A stretch of DNA of 64,000 nucleotides from a phage. Position numbers and translations under genes: made by a program. The DNA lies in the sequence record OZ335964.1. One strand, written 5' to 3'. This document shows, piece after piece, positions 43,386 through 54,482 of this stretch; the stretch's first letter is position 1, and every line of letters begins with the position of its first letter. The notes under the pieces are model-generated. The model was not told the origin of the DNA and ran no database searches. It worked only from the letters and a program-made list of their open reading frames with translations.

Positions 43386-45185
43386 ATGCTAATGTTTAAT
43401 AACTCCGTTAAATGGTTTACCGGAATTGTAGAAAACAGGGAAGACCCATTAATGCTGGGGCGCGTTCAGGTTAGGATTCATGGTATACATCCTTCGCTAT
43501 CCGCACACGGTGACATTCAAGGTCTTCCAACCGAAGATCTATTATGGATTACGCCAGTACAAGATATTACAAGTGCGGCGATCTCCGGTATAGGTCAAAG
43601 CCCTACTGGTATTGTTGAAGGTTCAATGGTATTTGGTTTGGCTTTAGATGAACGTTATTTAAACTGCGTTATTCTTGGTACTATTGCCGGACAATATACA
43701 GAGAAACCACTCACGACAGAAGGTTTTTGTGACCCTTCTGGTGCATATCCTCGTTATATTGGTAATGATGTTAATATTCTTGCTCGTGGCGGTATTAACC
43801 CAGAAACCGGACAAACAACAAAACCTGATAGTGTCTATATTCGAGATGAAAACACTGGAGTTGCCGTAAATCCAGACGACGAGCCATTAGACCAAATTCC
43901 GGTTGATGATAATCCTGATTTTACAATAGAAAAAATGCTGCGGGGCGATGAGGGATATCGCGAGAAATGGTATCTTGATTCAGAAGGATATCCGACAATA
44001 GGCATCGGGCATTTGATCATTTATAAGAAAACCAGTGATCTTGGTATTATCAATAATGAACTTTCTAAGCTGGTAGGGCGTGAAGTTACAAACGGAAGAC
44101 TTACAGCCGAAGAAGTTAGTAAAGTATTTGCTGACGATATAGAAAAGACTCGTCGTGATATGCGCAAACATCCACGAATTGCACCTGTCTATAATAAATG
44201 TAATGCCTCACGTCGTATGGCATTAGAAAATATGGCGTTTCAAATGGGTGTTGGTGGATTGGGTAAATTTAAGAATAGTCTTGCTGCGATGTTAGCGGAA
44301 GAATGGAAACAAGCCTATGATGGATTACGTCAATCTGTATGGGCTAATCAAACTCCAGGACGCTCCAGCCGTGTTTCTAAAATTATTTTAACTGGTAACT
44401 TAGAATCATATGGCGTAATTGCTCCAAAGAAAGAGGAATCAATTTCGGATGATCCGCGAGCACGTTTAAGAAATGCCCGTATTGCTGCCTATAAGACACA
44501 GAGAGCAGAAGAAGACCCAGAAGCACCGTTTACCCCACAAGACACACGAATCATGTTTAAAGAGCCTAAGAGTTCGTATTCTGCAAGGTATCCTTATAAC
44601 CATGTGTACGAGTCAGAGAGCGGTCATATTATCGAGATTGATGATACTCCTTCTCATGAGCGATATCATCGTAAACATCCTTCTGGTACATTTGAAGAAA
44701 CCAGACCGGACGGAACGAGGGTAGAAAAGATTGAAGGTGATGATTATCTAATCGTTAAACAAGGCCGTAAAGTAAACGTTAAGGGTAATTTGCAAGTTGT
44801 TGTTGAAGGTGACGCGCAAGTTTATTATATGGGTAATGTGATGCAAACCGTTGATGGTAACGTCACTGAATTTATTCGTGGCAATGTTAATCAGACCGTT
44901 GAAGGTACTGCTAACATGCATGTTGTCGGTGATGTTATCGCACAGCTTGACGCTAATTTGACGGCTAATGTCAAGGGTAATGCTGAATTAATGATCGAGG
45001 GTAACACTACAGAGACAATTAAAGGTAACTATGATTTAACCGTTGAGGGTAATTTTAATATGACCGTCAATGGCACTAAATCAGATCAGGTTAATGGTGA
45101 CTGGTCCCGTAATTGTGGTGCAAGCGTTAAAGATATTGCATCTGGTACAGTTAAAATTGATGGTAGCCGTATTGATCTTGGGTGA
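43386..45185 (+). CDS. 5: baseplate hub + tail lysozyme gp5 (cell-puncturing device)
   Basis: 599 aa; N-terminal OB-fold, central lysozyme domain (GYREKWYLDSEGYPTIGIGHL), C-terminal beta-helix V.G repeats. Confidence 0.9.
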   Translation: MLMFNNSVKWFTGIVENREDPLMLGRVQVRIHGIHPSLSAHGDIQGLPTEDLLWITPVQDITSAAISGIGQSPTGIVEGSMVFGLALDERYLNCVILGTIAGQYTEKPLTTEGFCDPSGAYPRYIGNDVNILARGGINPETGQTTKPDSVYIRDENTGVAVNPDDEPLDQIPVDDNPDFTIEKMLRGDEGYREKWYLDSEGYPTIGIGHLIIYKKTSDLGIINNELSKLVGREVTNGRLTAEEVSKVFADDIEKTRRDMRKHPRIAPVYNKCNASRRMALENMAFQMGVGGLGKFKNSLAAMLAEEWKQAYDGLRQSVWANQTPGRSSRVSKIILTGNLESYGVIAPKKEESISDDPRARLRNARIAAYKTQRAEEDPEAPFTPQDTRIMFKEPKSSYSARYPYNHVYESESGHIIEIDDTPSHERYHRKHPSGTFEETRPDGTRVEKIEGDDYLIVKQGRKVNVKGNLQVVVEGDAQVYYMGNVMQTVDGNVTEFIRGNVNQTVEGTANMHVVGDVIAQLDANLTANVKGNAELMIEGNTTETIKGNYDLTVEGNFNMTVNGTKSDQVNGDWSRNCGASVKDIASGTVKIDGSRIDLG

Positions 45186-45193
45186 GGTAACTA

Positions 45194-45760
45194 ATGGTTG
45201 AAATTCTTCCGATGAGTTCAAAATTGGAGGATATCAGCGAGCGAGAAATCTTTGAGGTGGTGTTCTCTTATAAAGCAACGCCACCGGATGCAAATACCAC
45301 ATACACGATTAAAGAGTTTAAGATCAGCGAGTATCGCCCTAATAAGGGCGTTACCGTTGAAGAAACTAAAATATCTGGTGAGTATCGGGATAGTTTTTCG
45401 CTTGGCGCGGATTCTCTTAAATATATAACGAAAGATCGAATTAAAAAATCTGCCGGAAGTTTTGATGATTTACCAGATCCAACTACCGCAGATCTATATT
45501 ATTTTAACGCTCCTACACGTCTACAGGAGGTGTATACTTATAAAGTAACCCTAACCTATATCCAATCTGTTTCAGAGTCTTCTGGTGGTTCCGGTGAAGG
45601 AAATAGTGGTGGTTCCAATAGCCGAGAGGGTGCTGGTGAAACTAATCCGCCTCCGGTAGTAACCGAGCACACAATAGAGAAAGTTTATACTCAAACCGTT
45701 TTTGGAAATTGGGATGTGTGGGCGCAGCAACTAAGAGATTATGTACATAGGGGTGTTTAA
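45194..45760 (+). CDS. hypothetical baseplate-region protein (gp5.1 position)
   Basis: 188 aa with Ser/Gly-rich segment; between gp5 and the PAAR gene. Confidence 0.5.
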   Translation: MVEILPMSSKLEDISEREIFEVVFSYKATPPDANTTYTIKEFKISEYRPNKGVTVEETKISGEYRDSFSLGADSLKYITKDRIKKSAGSFDDLPDPTTADLYYFNAPTRLQEVYTYKVTLTYIQSVSESSGGSGEGNSGGSNSREGAGETNPPPVVTEHTIEKVYTQTVFGNWDVWAQQLRDYVHRGV

Positions 45761-46053
45761 TGGCTGGATTATCCTACGATAAAGCTAAAACTACAGGGCA
45801 CGGAAACTACCCACCTACGGTAATTAATGCAACTCAATCTAAGGTATTTGTTGAGGGTATCCCTGTATTAGTCGAAGGAGACCCAATTACACCACATACA
45901 AAAACAACGAAGCCTTATGATACACACGGGGGAACTACGGTCGCCAGTACCCCGAAAGTATTTGTTACCGGAAAGAAAGCAATTCAAATGGCAGATCGTA
46001 TTAGCTGTGGCGATACCGTCGCTGTGGCATCACCGAAGGTATTCATAAAATGA
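45760..46053 (+). CDS. 5.4: PAAR-repeat spike tip protein gp5.4
   Basis: 97 aa; size and position match T4 gp5.4; ATGA overlaps. Confidence 0.75.
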   Translation: MAGLSYDKAKTTGHGNYPPTVINATQSKVFVEGIPVLVEGDPITPHTKTTKPYDTHGGTTVASTPKVFVTGKKAIQMADRISCGDTVAVASPKVFIK

Positions 46054-47954
46054 CAAAGCAAAAGATTACACAAATTCCTGATATTTTTAATGCTGCTACA
46101 TTCGATGAAATTAAAAGCGCATTAACAGACTGGATGAGAAACCAGGAAGAATTTAAAGATTTTGATTTTAATGGTGCTGGTATTAACGTATTGATGGACT
46201 TGCTCGCATATAATACCCTTTATATTCAGCAATTCGCCAACGCCGCGCTATATGAATCTTTTATCAGAACAGCAATTAAGCGTAGTTCCGTTGTTCAAGC
46301 CGCGCAAGATTTAGGATATTTGCCAGCGAGTAAAACTAGTGCATCAACTACTATTATGTTGCACGTATCACATCCGCGAAATCCGGCAAGTATTCGAATC
46401 CCACGAGGAACTAAATTTATTGCAAGTGTGGATCGCCAGACGTCTTATCCGTTTGTGACTACAGAAGACGTTGTGAGCGTTTTAGGTTCAAATGGTTTAT
46501 ATACGCCTATGCTTAAAGTCGCACAAGGTCGTATTGTTCGTACAGAAATGTTATTTGATCCGAAGAAACAAATTCTGATCCGTGATCCTGATATTGACCG
46601 CGCTCAGGTTAAATTGTGGGTGGATGGTGCTGAATGGAAAGACTGGACACGAGAAAGCATTGTTAATGCAACTGGTGCAAGCAATATTTTCTATATGCGT
46701 GAAACCGTAGACGGTCATACAGAAATTTTCTTTGGTGAAGGTGAATCAACTTTATCTGCTGCTGGCGGTGCACTGGAAGCAAATTATATTGGTGGACTTA
46801 AACCGTCAACTGGTGCTAATATTGTTATCGAATATATCAGCACTAAAGGCGCGGAAGCTAACGGATCTGTCAATTTCACATACGCGGATACCCTTGCATC
46901 CATCTCTATTGTTAAAATTATTGAGAATCCGACAAATGACCGTGATTATGTAGGTGCTGATGGTGGCGGTGATCCTGAATCAATCGAACGTATTCGTGAA
47001 CTTGCTCCGGTAATGCGTGAATCTCAGCGTCGTTGTGTAACTGCTTCCGACTACGAGGCTTTTGTGTCTAGCCGTTTTGGTAGTATTGTTCAGGCGGTAC
47101 AATGTTTCACCGACCGAGAAAAACCGGGTTATGCTTTTGTTGCTGTTAAGCCTAAATCTGGCTTGCGCTTGACAACTGTTCAAAAAGAAGATATGCGGGA
47201 TTATCTGGCAAAATATAATCTTGCTCCTATCACGCCGAGCATCATTGACCCTAACTATCTGTATATTAAACAGAATATTAAAGTTTCCTATTCAATCAAT
47301 GACTTGTCAGAATCAGAGCAGTGGTTGCGCGGTGCGGTTATTGATCAGATTGATGCATATTATACCGACGAAGTGGAAATTTTTAACCAGACCTTTAGTA
47401 AGTCTAAAATGCTTGCGCGTATTGACAAAGCTGATGTATCTGTGATAGGTTCTAGTGCAGAAATCGAGATGGTGCGAGAGATCGACAACTTCTATAAAGC
47501 ACCGATGGCTGGAATCAAGTTTTTAAACCAGTATAAGAGCGGAATCAAGTCTAGTTCATTCAACTTCGAAAAGGACGACAAGCAATATCCGATCCATTAT
47601 GTAAGTACAGAAATGAACAAAGAATCCGGTTTAGCTAAATTGCTGGTTGGACCTTTCCCTGTTGGTTCTACAATCGCTTTACCGCACTATTCCGGCACTG
47701 ATTTTGATAAAGAGGTTATCGACGGTGCGGACCTATACTTTGAGGTTGGAGAGGTTCAGCATTATGAAGACCTTATTTCATGGGATCTGGGTAAACTGAA
47801 TATCAATAGCGATCGCTTTACTGGTTCATATATTGAGTTGACAGCTAAACCGATTGCTGATAACATCTTTACTAAAGACGGTTCTTTGATCGTGTTTGAA
47901 AACGATCTCCGTCCTCAGTACACAACTATTAGTCTGGAGGCAATTGCTCAATGA
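46050..47954 (+). CDS. 6: baseplate wedge protein gp6
   Basis: 634 aa; synteny 5-6-7-8. Confidence 0.85.
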   Translation: MTKQKITQIPDIFNAATFDEIKSALTDWMRNQEEFKDFDFNGAGINVLMDLLAYNTLYIQQFANAALYESFIRTAIKRSSVVQAAQDLGYLPASKTSASTTIMLHVSHPRNPASIRIPRGTKFIASVDRQTSYPFVTTEDVVSVLGSNGLYTPMLKVAQGRIVRTEMLFDPKKQILIRDPDIDRAQVKLWVDGAEWKDWTRESIVNATGASNIFYMRETVDGHTEIFFGEGESTLSAAGGALEANYIGGLKPSTGANIVIEYISTKGAEANGSVNFTYADTLASISIVKIIENPTNDRDYVGADGGGDPESIERIRELAPVMRESQRRCVTASDYEAFVSSRFGSIVQAVQCFTDREKPGYAFVAVKPKSGLRLTTVQKEDMRDYLAKYNLAPITPSIIDPNYLYIKQNIKVSYSINDLSESEQWLRGAVIDQIDAYYTDEVEIFNQTFSKSKMLARIDKADVSVIGSSAEIEMVREIDNFYKAPMAGIKFLNQYKSGIKSSSFNFEKDDKQYPIHYVSTEMNKESGLAKLLVGPFPVGSTIALPHYSGTDFDKEVIDGADLYFEVGEVQHYEDLISWDLGKLNINSDRFTGSYIELTAKPIADNIFTKDGSLIVFENDLRPQYTTISLEAIAQ

Positions 47955-50900
47955 TTAAAGCGCCTAGTGTAACTAGCTTGACAATAGAAAAATTGTCTGC
48001 TAATCAGGCGTATATCACATGGGATGACGTAGGCGAAAACTTCTTTTATTTTGTGGAGTTAGCCGAAACCAGAACACGAGACGGGGAGATCATCCCCGTC
48101 GATGAGTTAAGCTGGGTAAACCTGGGATATACTGCCGACCAAAACTGGTTTGAGGATAAAAACCTTTTTCCAGAATATTATTACAAGTTTCGTGTAGCAG
48201 TAGCCGCAGAAGGATTTGAACAAAGTAAATGGGTTGAGACAGAAGAGTTTCAGACATTTAAAACAAACGCATATAATTTTTCTATGATGCGAGAGTTCAA
48301 CCTTGCAAACGAGTTTATAAAGGAAAAATTTACATACGATAATAGAGAGTATGTCAAGTTTAATACCGACCTTATTCAAGCATCATTGATGAAGGAAGAT
48401 TTTGTCTTTAGTCCTGAATATGCAAACATGACAAATATCTCAAACTACATTGTAGTTGATGAGAACTTTCATGAAATACAGGACCACATAGAAAAAGTTT
48501 GTACTGATATAAACCGCACAATGTTAGCGGAAATGAACGGTGTTTTGTACCTTTTCGAACGGTTCCAGCCGATCGTGAAAGTGTCAAATGATAAAGGTCA
48601 ATCATGGAAAGCATACAAGGCTTTTAATGATCGTGTAGGCAATCCGGTTTCCCGTACATGCGTTTATCAGTCTAAAACCACTACTTACGTTTTAGGATAT
48701 GACCGAATCTTTTACGGACGACAAGCTAGCGATACTCGATGGAGCGCGGACGATGTTCGATTTAGTGATGATACGATCACTTTTGCAAAGGTTGGTGACG
48801 AGAACGATTTAGGCTTTGATGTTGAGGTATTTGGCGTATTTTCCAGATTAACAGGTGATACCACAAAATACGCCGAAGCTATGGCGTGTAGCGATGACTA
48901 TTTGTGGGTTGGTGCTAAAGATGTTATTCGCCGGATTCGTCTTAAGAATACTCCGGTTGATACCGTTCAGGGTTCGCCTACGTTTGGCGAAAAAATATTC
49001 GATCCTGATGTTATCCGAGTAACAGGAAATGATAAAGCTGTCATTCAGAAAATGGATGTAATCGACGGTAAATTGCTTGTATTTGTTACTGGTGAAGTTA
49101 AACAGCGTTATCAAGATCCAACTAAACCGGAAAACGTTGTTCCGTCAGATGATGCGGGTGTATACTTAATCGGGAGTGATGGTCTGTCTTTTCAGAGAGT
49201 ATTTGGCAACACTCCGCAGGAAAGGGAATATATTCAGCATGGGTTCAGTAATATGTCAACCAATGGTGATGAGGTGTTCATAAGCCATTATAATCATCAC
49301 TTCGAAAGCATTTTACCTGATCCAGAAACTGCCGCGAAATATGAATTGGGCGAAGCTGTAAAATATTCTCAGGAGCCAACTTATCTAACTGATAAGAAAA
49401 TACATCAAACTACTTTCAGAGCAAGTTATGATGATTTGCGTATTTGGGAGCTAGGTCCACAAGCATATTATAACGAGGCTGATTATACATGGATGCGTCG
49501 AAACGGTGTCCGTGTGTGGATCACAAATGATAATCGCCCGTTGGTTGTTTATCCAGAGGTTATCTATACTCAAGAAGTTGATACGTCTGGCATTCTTGAC
49601 CAAAATAGGGTTAACCGAGAAGTTTATGATAAAGGGACCGTGACCTGTTATCTTAACAATGTTAAATTTGAAGGATTCAAACAATATGCATCCGGTGTAA
49701 TGTTCCATAAAAACACGGGAGAGATCATAGGATTCTATCAATTTAATTATCGTGTTCGTGATCAGGTTGGTGTATATTGGAAACCTACAAATGTAGCATT
49801 TGTTGCTGAATTGCAAAATCAAGTTAGAGAGGTTCCCTGGGTTCCGGTTCACTACGATCGAGAGCAAGATCCAGATTTGCGACCTTTACTGAATAAGATG
49901 ACACCGGATAGCTTTTTACTTGAGAACGAAAATTTCAGAAAATTCTCTGAATATTATCTGCAATTCTTAAGTGATGGTTCAGGAACATATTATAATAAAC
50001 TAAAAAATCTGATTAAAAACAAATATCCACGCGAGCAAGATGCATATGAGTATCTTTGGTCAGAGATGAACAAACGAAACATCTATGCAGATAAAAACAA
50101 GCGAGATGCGGTAGTAAGATTCTTTGAATCCCGCAAATCAGATTTTTATTCCACTAAGGGCGTGGAGGCTTCTTATAAGTTCTTGTTTAAGTTACTTTAT
50201 AATGAAGATGTGGAAATTGAGGTTGAATCACAAGCCGGACTAGAGTATGATATTGTTGTTAGTTCAACGAACATTGACGAGGATATCGTAGGTCGCACGA
50301 TTTATACTCCGACCGGACGGGCTAACGTGACGTATCTTGAAAGGGAATATGAAGGTGGTCGCCTACGCTGGCGAGTAACCATTCATAACCTGATCGGGCG
50401 GTTCGAAGAAGGTCAAGTGATCAAATCAGAGAAAACAGCGTTTGAAGGGATGATCCTTGTTGGTGTACGTGGTAAAGAGTTGTTGAGTAGTTCAATCGAC
50501 TATATCAACCGCTCACGAAGCCAATACACCATGAAGATTAAAAGTGCATTGCCAGTTTCGCGCTATGCAAATGATGTAATGCGATTTGTTCATCCTGTCG
50601 GCTTTGGGTTTATCGGTGTTACCCTGCTTACGATGTTCATTAACAGCGGGTTGAGCATGAAGCACACCGAGACTATAATTCAATCTCTGAAAAATTATAA
50701 GTTTGACAGCGGATTGCCTAGCGTGTATCCTGATCGGGTGGCAGACCTTGACGTTGACGGAAACATTAAGAAAGACCCGCTTACCGGAAAAGCATTATAT
50801 TTGACTTCACCTTTAATTGGTGATGAATTTCCGGTTCCTCCTGAATATGACCAGGAGAACAGCGAATTGTTCCACGGACTTAAAGCAAGCGAACGAAGAT

Positions 50901-51037
50901 TTGCAATGAGTCCACTGTTTGACCAGTCGGCGGTAACATTCTCTATGTTCCGTGAACTTGTAGATAAACGGTTGAAGGACAATGTAGGGAATCCACGAGA
51001 TCCGAAGAATCCGACACAGAGGAAAATTAATGGCTAA
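47951..51037 (+). CDS. 7: baseplate wedge initiator gp7
   Basis: 1028 aa (T4 gp7 about 1032 aa); synteny. Confidence 0.85.
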   Translation: MIKAPSVTSLTIEKLSANQAYITWDDVGENFFYFVELAETRTRDGEIIPVDELSWVNLGYTADQNWFEDKNLFPEYYYKFRVAVAAEGFEQSKWVETEEFQTFKTNAYNFSMMREFNLANEFIKEKFTYDNREYVKFNTDLIQASLMKEDFVFSPEYANMTNISNYIVVDENFHEIQDHIEKVCTDINRTMLAEMNGVLYLFERFQPIVKVSNDKGQSWKAYKAFNDRVGNPVSRTCVYQSKTTTYVLGYDRIFYGRQASDTRWSADDVRFSDDTITFAKVGDENDLGFDVEVFGVFSRLTGDTTKYAEAMACSDDYLWVGAKDVIRRIRLKNTPVDTVQGSPTFGEKIFDPDVIRVTGNDKAVIQKMDVIDGKLLVFVTGEVKQRYQDPTKPENVVPSDDAGVYLIGSDGLSFQRVFGNTPQEREYIQHGFSNMSTNGDEVFISHYNHHFESILPDPETAAKYELGEAVKYSQEPTYLTDKKIHQTTFRASYDDLRIWELGPQAYYNEADYTWMRRNGVRVWITNDNRPLVVYPEVIYTQEVDTSGILDQNRVNREVYDKGTVTCYLNNVKFEGFKQYASGVMFHKNTGEIIGFYQFNYRVRDQVGVYWKPTNVAFVAELQNQVREVPWVPVHYDREQDPDLRPLLNKMTPDSFLLENENFRKFSEYYLQFLSDGSGTYYNKLKNLIKNKYPREQDAYEYLWSEMNKRNIYADKNKRDAVVRFFESRKSDFYSTKGVEASYKFLFKLLYNEDVEIEVESQAGLEYDIVVSSTNIDEDIVGRTIYTPTGRANVTYLEREYEGGRLRWRVTIHNLIGRFEEGQVIKSEKTAFEGMILVGVRGKELLSSSIDYINRSRSQYTMKIKSALPVSRYANDVMRFVHPVGFGFIGVTLLTMFINSGLSMKHTETIIQSLKNYKFDSGLPSVYPDRVADLDVDGNIKKDPLTGKALYLTSPLIGDEFPVPPEYDQENSELFHGLKASERRFAMSPLFDQSAVTFSMFRELVDKRLKDNVGNPRDPKNPTQRKING

Positions 51038-52025
51038 TGAAAATAGTGTGATCTATCGCTCAATCATTACTAGCAAATTCAGGACAGAGAAACTTCTGAA
51101 TTTCTATAATTCTGTAGGCGATGGGGCAAATCAAATTACAATTTATGGAACGTTTGGACGTTCGGAGCCGTGGTCAGAAAACGAAAAAGAGGTGGGCTTT
51201 GCCCCACCTTATCCGACCGATTCAACGGCTGGCGTTGTTGATATGTGGACCCATATGATGGGGGCGGTTAAGATTAACAAATCACTTCTTGATGCGGTTA
51301 TCCCTCGTAAAGATTGGGGTGATACCGGACAGGATAACCCGCGCACATTCTTTATCAATGATATTGTTGTTGTTAACTCAGCACCATATAACCGAACTGA
51401 TGTTGGTAGCGGCTGGATGGTGTATCGCGTAACCGATGTTCCTGATCGCGGTTACTGCTCGATTTCAAGCATTGACGCTAAAGTAGAGTGTTTGAAGCTG
51501 GGCGGAAAGTGGACACCTACCCATGAATCAATTGCGCCACCTGTAGGAAAGGGCGATTCTATTGATATGGGTGATGGGTATCGTTGGGAATATCTGTACA
51601 CAATTCCACCTGATGCGGCGATCAACCGTTGCACCAATGAACATATTGTTGTACCGTTCCCCGATGAACTGCGACAAGATCCGGCGCGTTGGGGCTATGA
51701 CAATGTGATCACCTGGTATAATGACTATAATCTGCTTTATCGGCTGAAAGTAGTAACTTTGCGTTTTCAGGCTTATATGGACTCTGCGCAATTCCCAACT
51801 ACCGCGTTAGTGGGTAATACTGGTTTCCGTCAGTTAAGCATTATCCTTAACCCATTGGAAAAGAAAGCACGCCCTAGCGATCCAGACGTTAAAGCGGTTA
51901 AAGATAAGTACCGACCGCAAGACTTAGAGCCACACTCAGGCGAAATGATCTACATGGAAAACCGACAACCTATCGTTCGGTCATTAGATCAAACAGAACT
52001 TGTTTCTGTATTGTTTGAGTTCTAA
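51030..52025 (+). CDS. 8: baseplate wedge protein gp8
   Basis: 331 aa; synteny; terminator follows. Confidence 0.85.
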   Translation: MANENSVIYRSIITSKFRTEKLLNFYNSVGDGANQITIYGTFGRSEPWSENEKEVGFAPPYPTDSTAGVVDMWTHMMGAVKINKSLLDAVIPRKDWGDTGQDNPRTFFINDIVVVNSAPYNRTDVGSGWMVYRVTDVPDRGYCSISSIDAKVECLKLGGKWTPTHESIAPPVGKGDSIDMGDGYRWEYLYTIPPDAAINRCTNEHIVVPFPDELRQDPARWGYDNVITWYNDYNLLYRLKVVTLRFQAYMDSAQFPTTALVGNTGFRQLSIILNPLEKKARPSDPDVKAVKDKYRPQDLEPHSGEMIYMENRQPIVRSLDQTELVSVLFEF

Positions 52026-52040
52026 GTGTATGATTTAAAA

Positions 52041-52066
52041 GCCAATTCGAGAGAGTTGGCTTTTTC
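52041..52066 (+). terminator. intrinsic terminator after gp8
   Basis: GCCAA..UUGGC hairpin + UUUUU. Confidence 0.6.
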
Positions 52067-52077
52067 TATTTTGGGTG

Positions 52078-52106
52078 TTGACAGTCTTGTCTGGTAAAGG
52101 TATAAT
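52078..52106 (+). promoter_or_regulatory. consensus sigma70 promoter (TTGACA-N17-TATAAT) driving the methyltransferase moron
   Basis: exact consensus hexamers with 17 nt spacer, 30 nt upstream of ATG 52136, right after gp8 terminator. Confidence 0.7.
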
Positions 52107-52135
52107 GTTCACATCTAAACAACGGAGGATAAATT

Positions 52136-52393
52136 ATGGCACGTCGTAAATTTACAGATAATTGTGAAGCAATTCAGGTATCCCCTTGCGGTTGGGATGT
52201 GATCGCGAACGGTGAAAAGATCGGAGAGATCATCGATCATACTCATTCATCACTAGCCGATTACACCGATGAACTGTGGGAGGGTATCAACTTCATGAAT
52301 GACACTAAACGATTCAAGACTATCGACGAAGCTATCTATTTTGTGTATAATCCAACTTTCGGTATGTGGGGAACTAGAAAATGGCACGCGTAA
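52136..52393 (+). CDS. hypothetical protein (moron gene 1)
   Basis: 85 aa; GGAGG RBS; downstream of consensus sigma70 promoter. Confidence 0.5.
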   Translation: MARRKFTDNCEAIQVSPCGWDVIANGEKIGEIIDHTHSSLADYTDELWEGINFMNDTKRFKTIDEAIYFVYNPTFGMWGTRKWHA

Positions 52394-52713
52394 ATATTAA
52401 ATTGCATTACACAATGAATAAAGCTAAGTTCCCAATGCAAAAGCATTACTATGGTCTACGTGCACAAGATCCAAAACTCTATGGTACTCATTGGTTTTGT
52501 AAACATGATAACCAATGGCACACATACGAAGAAATGCACGAGATGATGAAACAGGGTATTGAATTTAGTTATTCTAATTATGACCATCGTATAACTTGCA
52601 TTCGAAAATTGAAACGATGGATTCGTAAGAATCCGCAATTTAAAAACTTTGTGTTCTTTATGTCTCATGTTTATTTGGGGCATAGCGTTACCGTAACAGC
52701 AAAGGTTAAATAA
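52381..52713 (+). CDS. hypothetical protein (moron gene 2)
   Basis: 110 aa; overlaps gene 1 stop; same ATGGCACG start context. Confidence 0.5.
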   Translation: MARVNIKLHYTMNKAKFPMQKHYYGLRAQDPKLYGTHWFCKHDNQWHTYEEMHEMMKQGIEFSYSNYDHRITCIRKLKRWIRKNPQFKNFVFFMSHVYLGHSVTVTAKVK

Positions 52714-53552
52714 TGGCACGACTTTCTAAACAAGAACAAAAATTACACGATCGAGCAATGGAGTTGATTAATTCAGATCGTCCATTGACATATGAAGAAA
52801 AAGAATTTTGCTATAATAACTATCATGGCGATGGGCTAGGTGGTTCCGGTGCATTCTTTACACCAGAAGGTCTTGCATGGGATTTTACCATCGATGCACA
52901 TTGCACAGGAAAAGTATTAGATCTTTGTGCTGGGATCGGTCGCTTATCTTTTTGTATGTTACATCGTTGTAAGCCAGAAAAGATCGTATGCGTCGAACTC
53001 AATCCAGAATTTGCGCGTATAGGTAAACGACTATTACCGGAAGCAGAATGGATCACCAGCGATGTATTCGAATTTGAGTCAAACGAAAAATTCGATGTGG
53101 TGATCAGCAATCCACCTTTCGGGAAAATCAATACAACCGACACAAAGGATGTATTTGAGTACACTGGCGGCGAATTTGAATTTAAGGTTATGACATTAGG
53201 CCAGAAGTTTGCCGATGTAGGTTATTTTATTGTTCCTACTGGTTCCGCTGGTTTTGCCTATTCTGGTAGACCTTATTATGACGGGACCATGAAGTCTAAT
53301 AAATATCTAAAATGGAGCAAACAAACTGGTTTGGTGACTTATGCCGGATGTGGGATCGATACATCAATCTATCGCGATGAATGGCATAGTACCAACGTTT
53401 TAACAGAAGTGGTTGAGGTTCGGTATTACGAGAAAGAAGCCGTAGAAGCGCCTAAATCACGTCCTAACGAACAAATAGAAGAAAGTAAGGAGATTACCTT
53501 ACCGAAACAGGAAAGCGAGTCTGGGACGCTCTCAGATTTGTTTGACATTTAA
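52713..53552 (+). CDS. gamma-class N6-adenine methyltransferase (putative DNA MTase)
   Basis: 279 aa; motif order FFTP, then VLDLCAGIGRL (SAM binding), then NPPFG (catalytic). Confidence 0.7.
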   Translation: MARLSKQEQKLHDRAMELINSDRPLTYEEKEFCYNNYHGDGLGGSGAFFTPEGLAWDFTIDAHCTGKVLDLCAGIGRLSFCMLHRCKPEKIVCVELNPEFARIGKRLLPEAEWITSDVFEFESNEKFDVVISNPPFGKINTTDTKDVFEYTGGEFEFKVMTLGQKFADVGYFIVPTGSAGFAYSGRPYYDGTMKSNKYLKWSKQTGLVTYAGCGIDTSIYRDEWHSTNVLTEVVEVRYYEKEAVEAPKSRPNEQIEESKEITLPKQESESGTLSDLFDI

Positions 53553-53556
53553 TTAT

Positions 53557-53583
53557 AAGCCGTCCTTGTGGGCGGCTTTTTTG
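53557..53583 (+). terminator. intrinsic terminator after methyltransferase moron
   Basis: GCCGUCC..GGCGGC hairpin + UUUUUU. Confidence 0.6.
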
Positions 53584-53592
53584 TATGTATTT

Positions 53593-53600
53593 TATAAATA
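53593..53600 (+). promoter_or_regulatory. T4-type late promoter TATAAATA (upstream of gp9)
   Basis: exact TATAAATA 28 nt upstream of gp9 ATG, after the moron terminator. Confidence 0.6.
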
Positions 53601-53627
53601 ATACATCATAACATGAGGAATTAAACA

Positions 53628-54482
53628 ATGGCACAAGTTCCAAAGAAAAGAATAGACACAGGTACTGTCGGCAATCCATCGACTGGCGATATCTTATATG
53701 ATGGCGGTAATAAAATTAACGATAACTTTGATTCAATATATGACGCATTTGCTGATCAGCGGTTTAAAGACGTAGACCACGGCGTGGGAAGAATGGTTAT
53801 TCATGCAACCGGATACTATCAGAAGCATCCACGTCAAAGCTACGCTGGTTCCGCTGTTGAGATTGGGAGTCTACACGATATCGATACAACTCAAGGCGCA
53901 CTTATTGCTATTCTACCTAAAGCAAAGGTTGGCGAGGGTGTTGTATTCATAAATAGTAACGGTAGCCTTTCAACGACGACACCGCTCAATATTCGAACTC
54001 AAGCAGGTGATTCTATTAGCGGTTATTCCGGTGATGCTACAATAACACAACCATTTTCAAAAGTCACTGTTTGGTGTACTGCCGTTGAAGGTAGTCGCGT
54101 AACATGGCGATTGGGTATCGAAAGTATGTTTACCGATACAACGACGCCATTAGATAAAACAGTTAACGTAACTGGAGTAGCAACAAACGTTGCTATTGCC
54201 GCAAAAACAGAATACGTTTCCATCAAATTATTAACTACCGCTAGCAATACATCCGGTTCAAAAATGCGTTCAAGTGAAACGCTACTGATGATTGATTCTA
54301 AAGCCGGAAAAGTTTATGCGACGGAATATGCAGTTTTGCAGAAGACAGAAGATGAACTATACACGGTTCGTTATTTCATCGGTTCCGGCGATAAAGTATA
54401 TGCAGAGTATAAGGCTACTGGCGAAAATATTCGTTTAGCAGTTAAAGCCGTAGACACTATTAAAATCGGGGTTGCTACATGA
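53628..54482 (+). CDS. 9: baseplate wedge / long-tail-fibre socket protein gp9
   Basis: PKKRIDTGTVGNPSTGDILYDGGNKINDNFDSIYDAF...HATGYYQK matches remembered T4 gp9 N-terminus. Confidence 0.9.
   Translation: MAQVPKKRIDTGTVGNPSTGDILYDGGNKINDNFDSIYDAFADQRFKDVDHGVGRMVIHATGYYQKHPRQSYAGSAVEIGSLHDIDTTQGALIAILPKAKVGEGVVFINSNGSLSTTTPLNIRTQAGDSISGYSGDATITQPFSKVTVWCTAVEGSRVTWRLGIESMFTDTTTPLDKTVNVTGVATNVAIAAKTEYVSIKLLTTASNTSGSKMRSSETLLMIDSKAGKVYATEYAVLQKTEDELYTVRYFIGSGDKVYAEYKATGENIRLAVKAVDTIKIGVAT

Noticed and set aside
48107-51791. Minus-strand ORFs inside gp7 and gp8 (e.g. 49451..49867, 50695..50982, 51528..51791)
   Set aside because: Embedded antisense in strongly supported late structural genes; no start signals.
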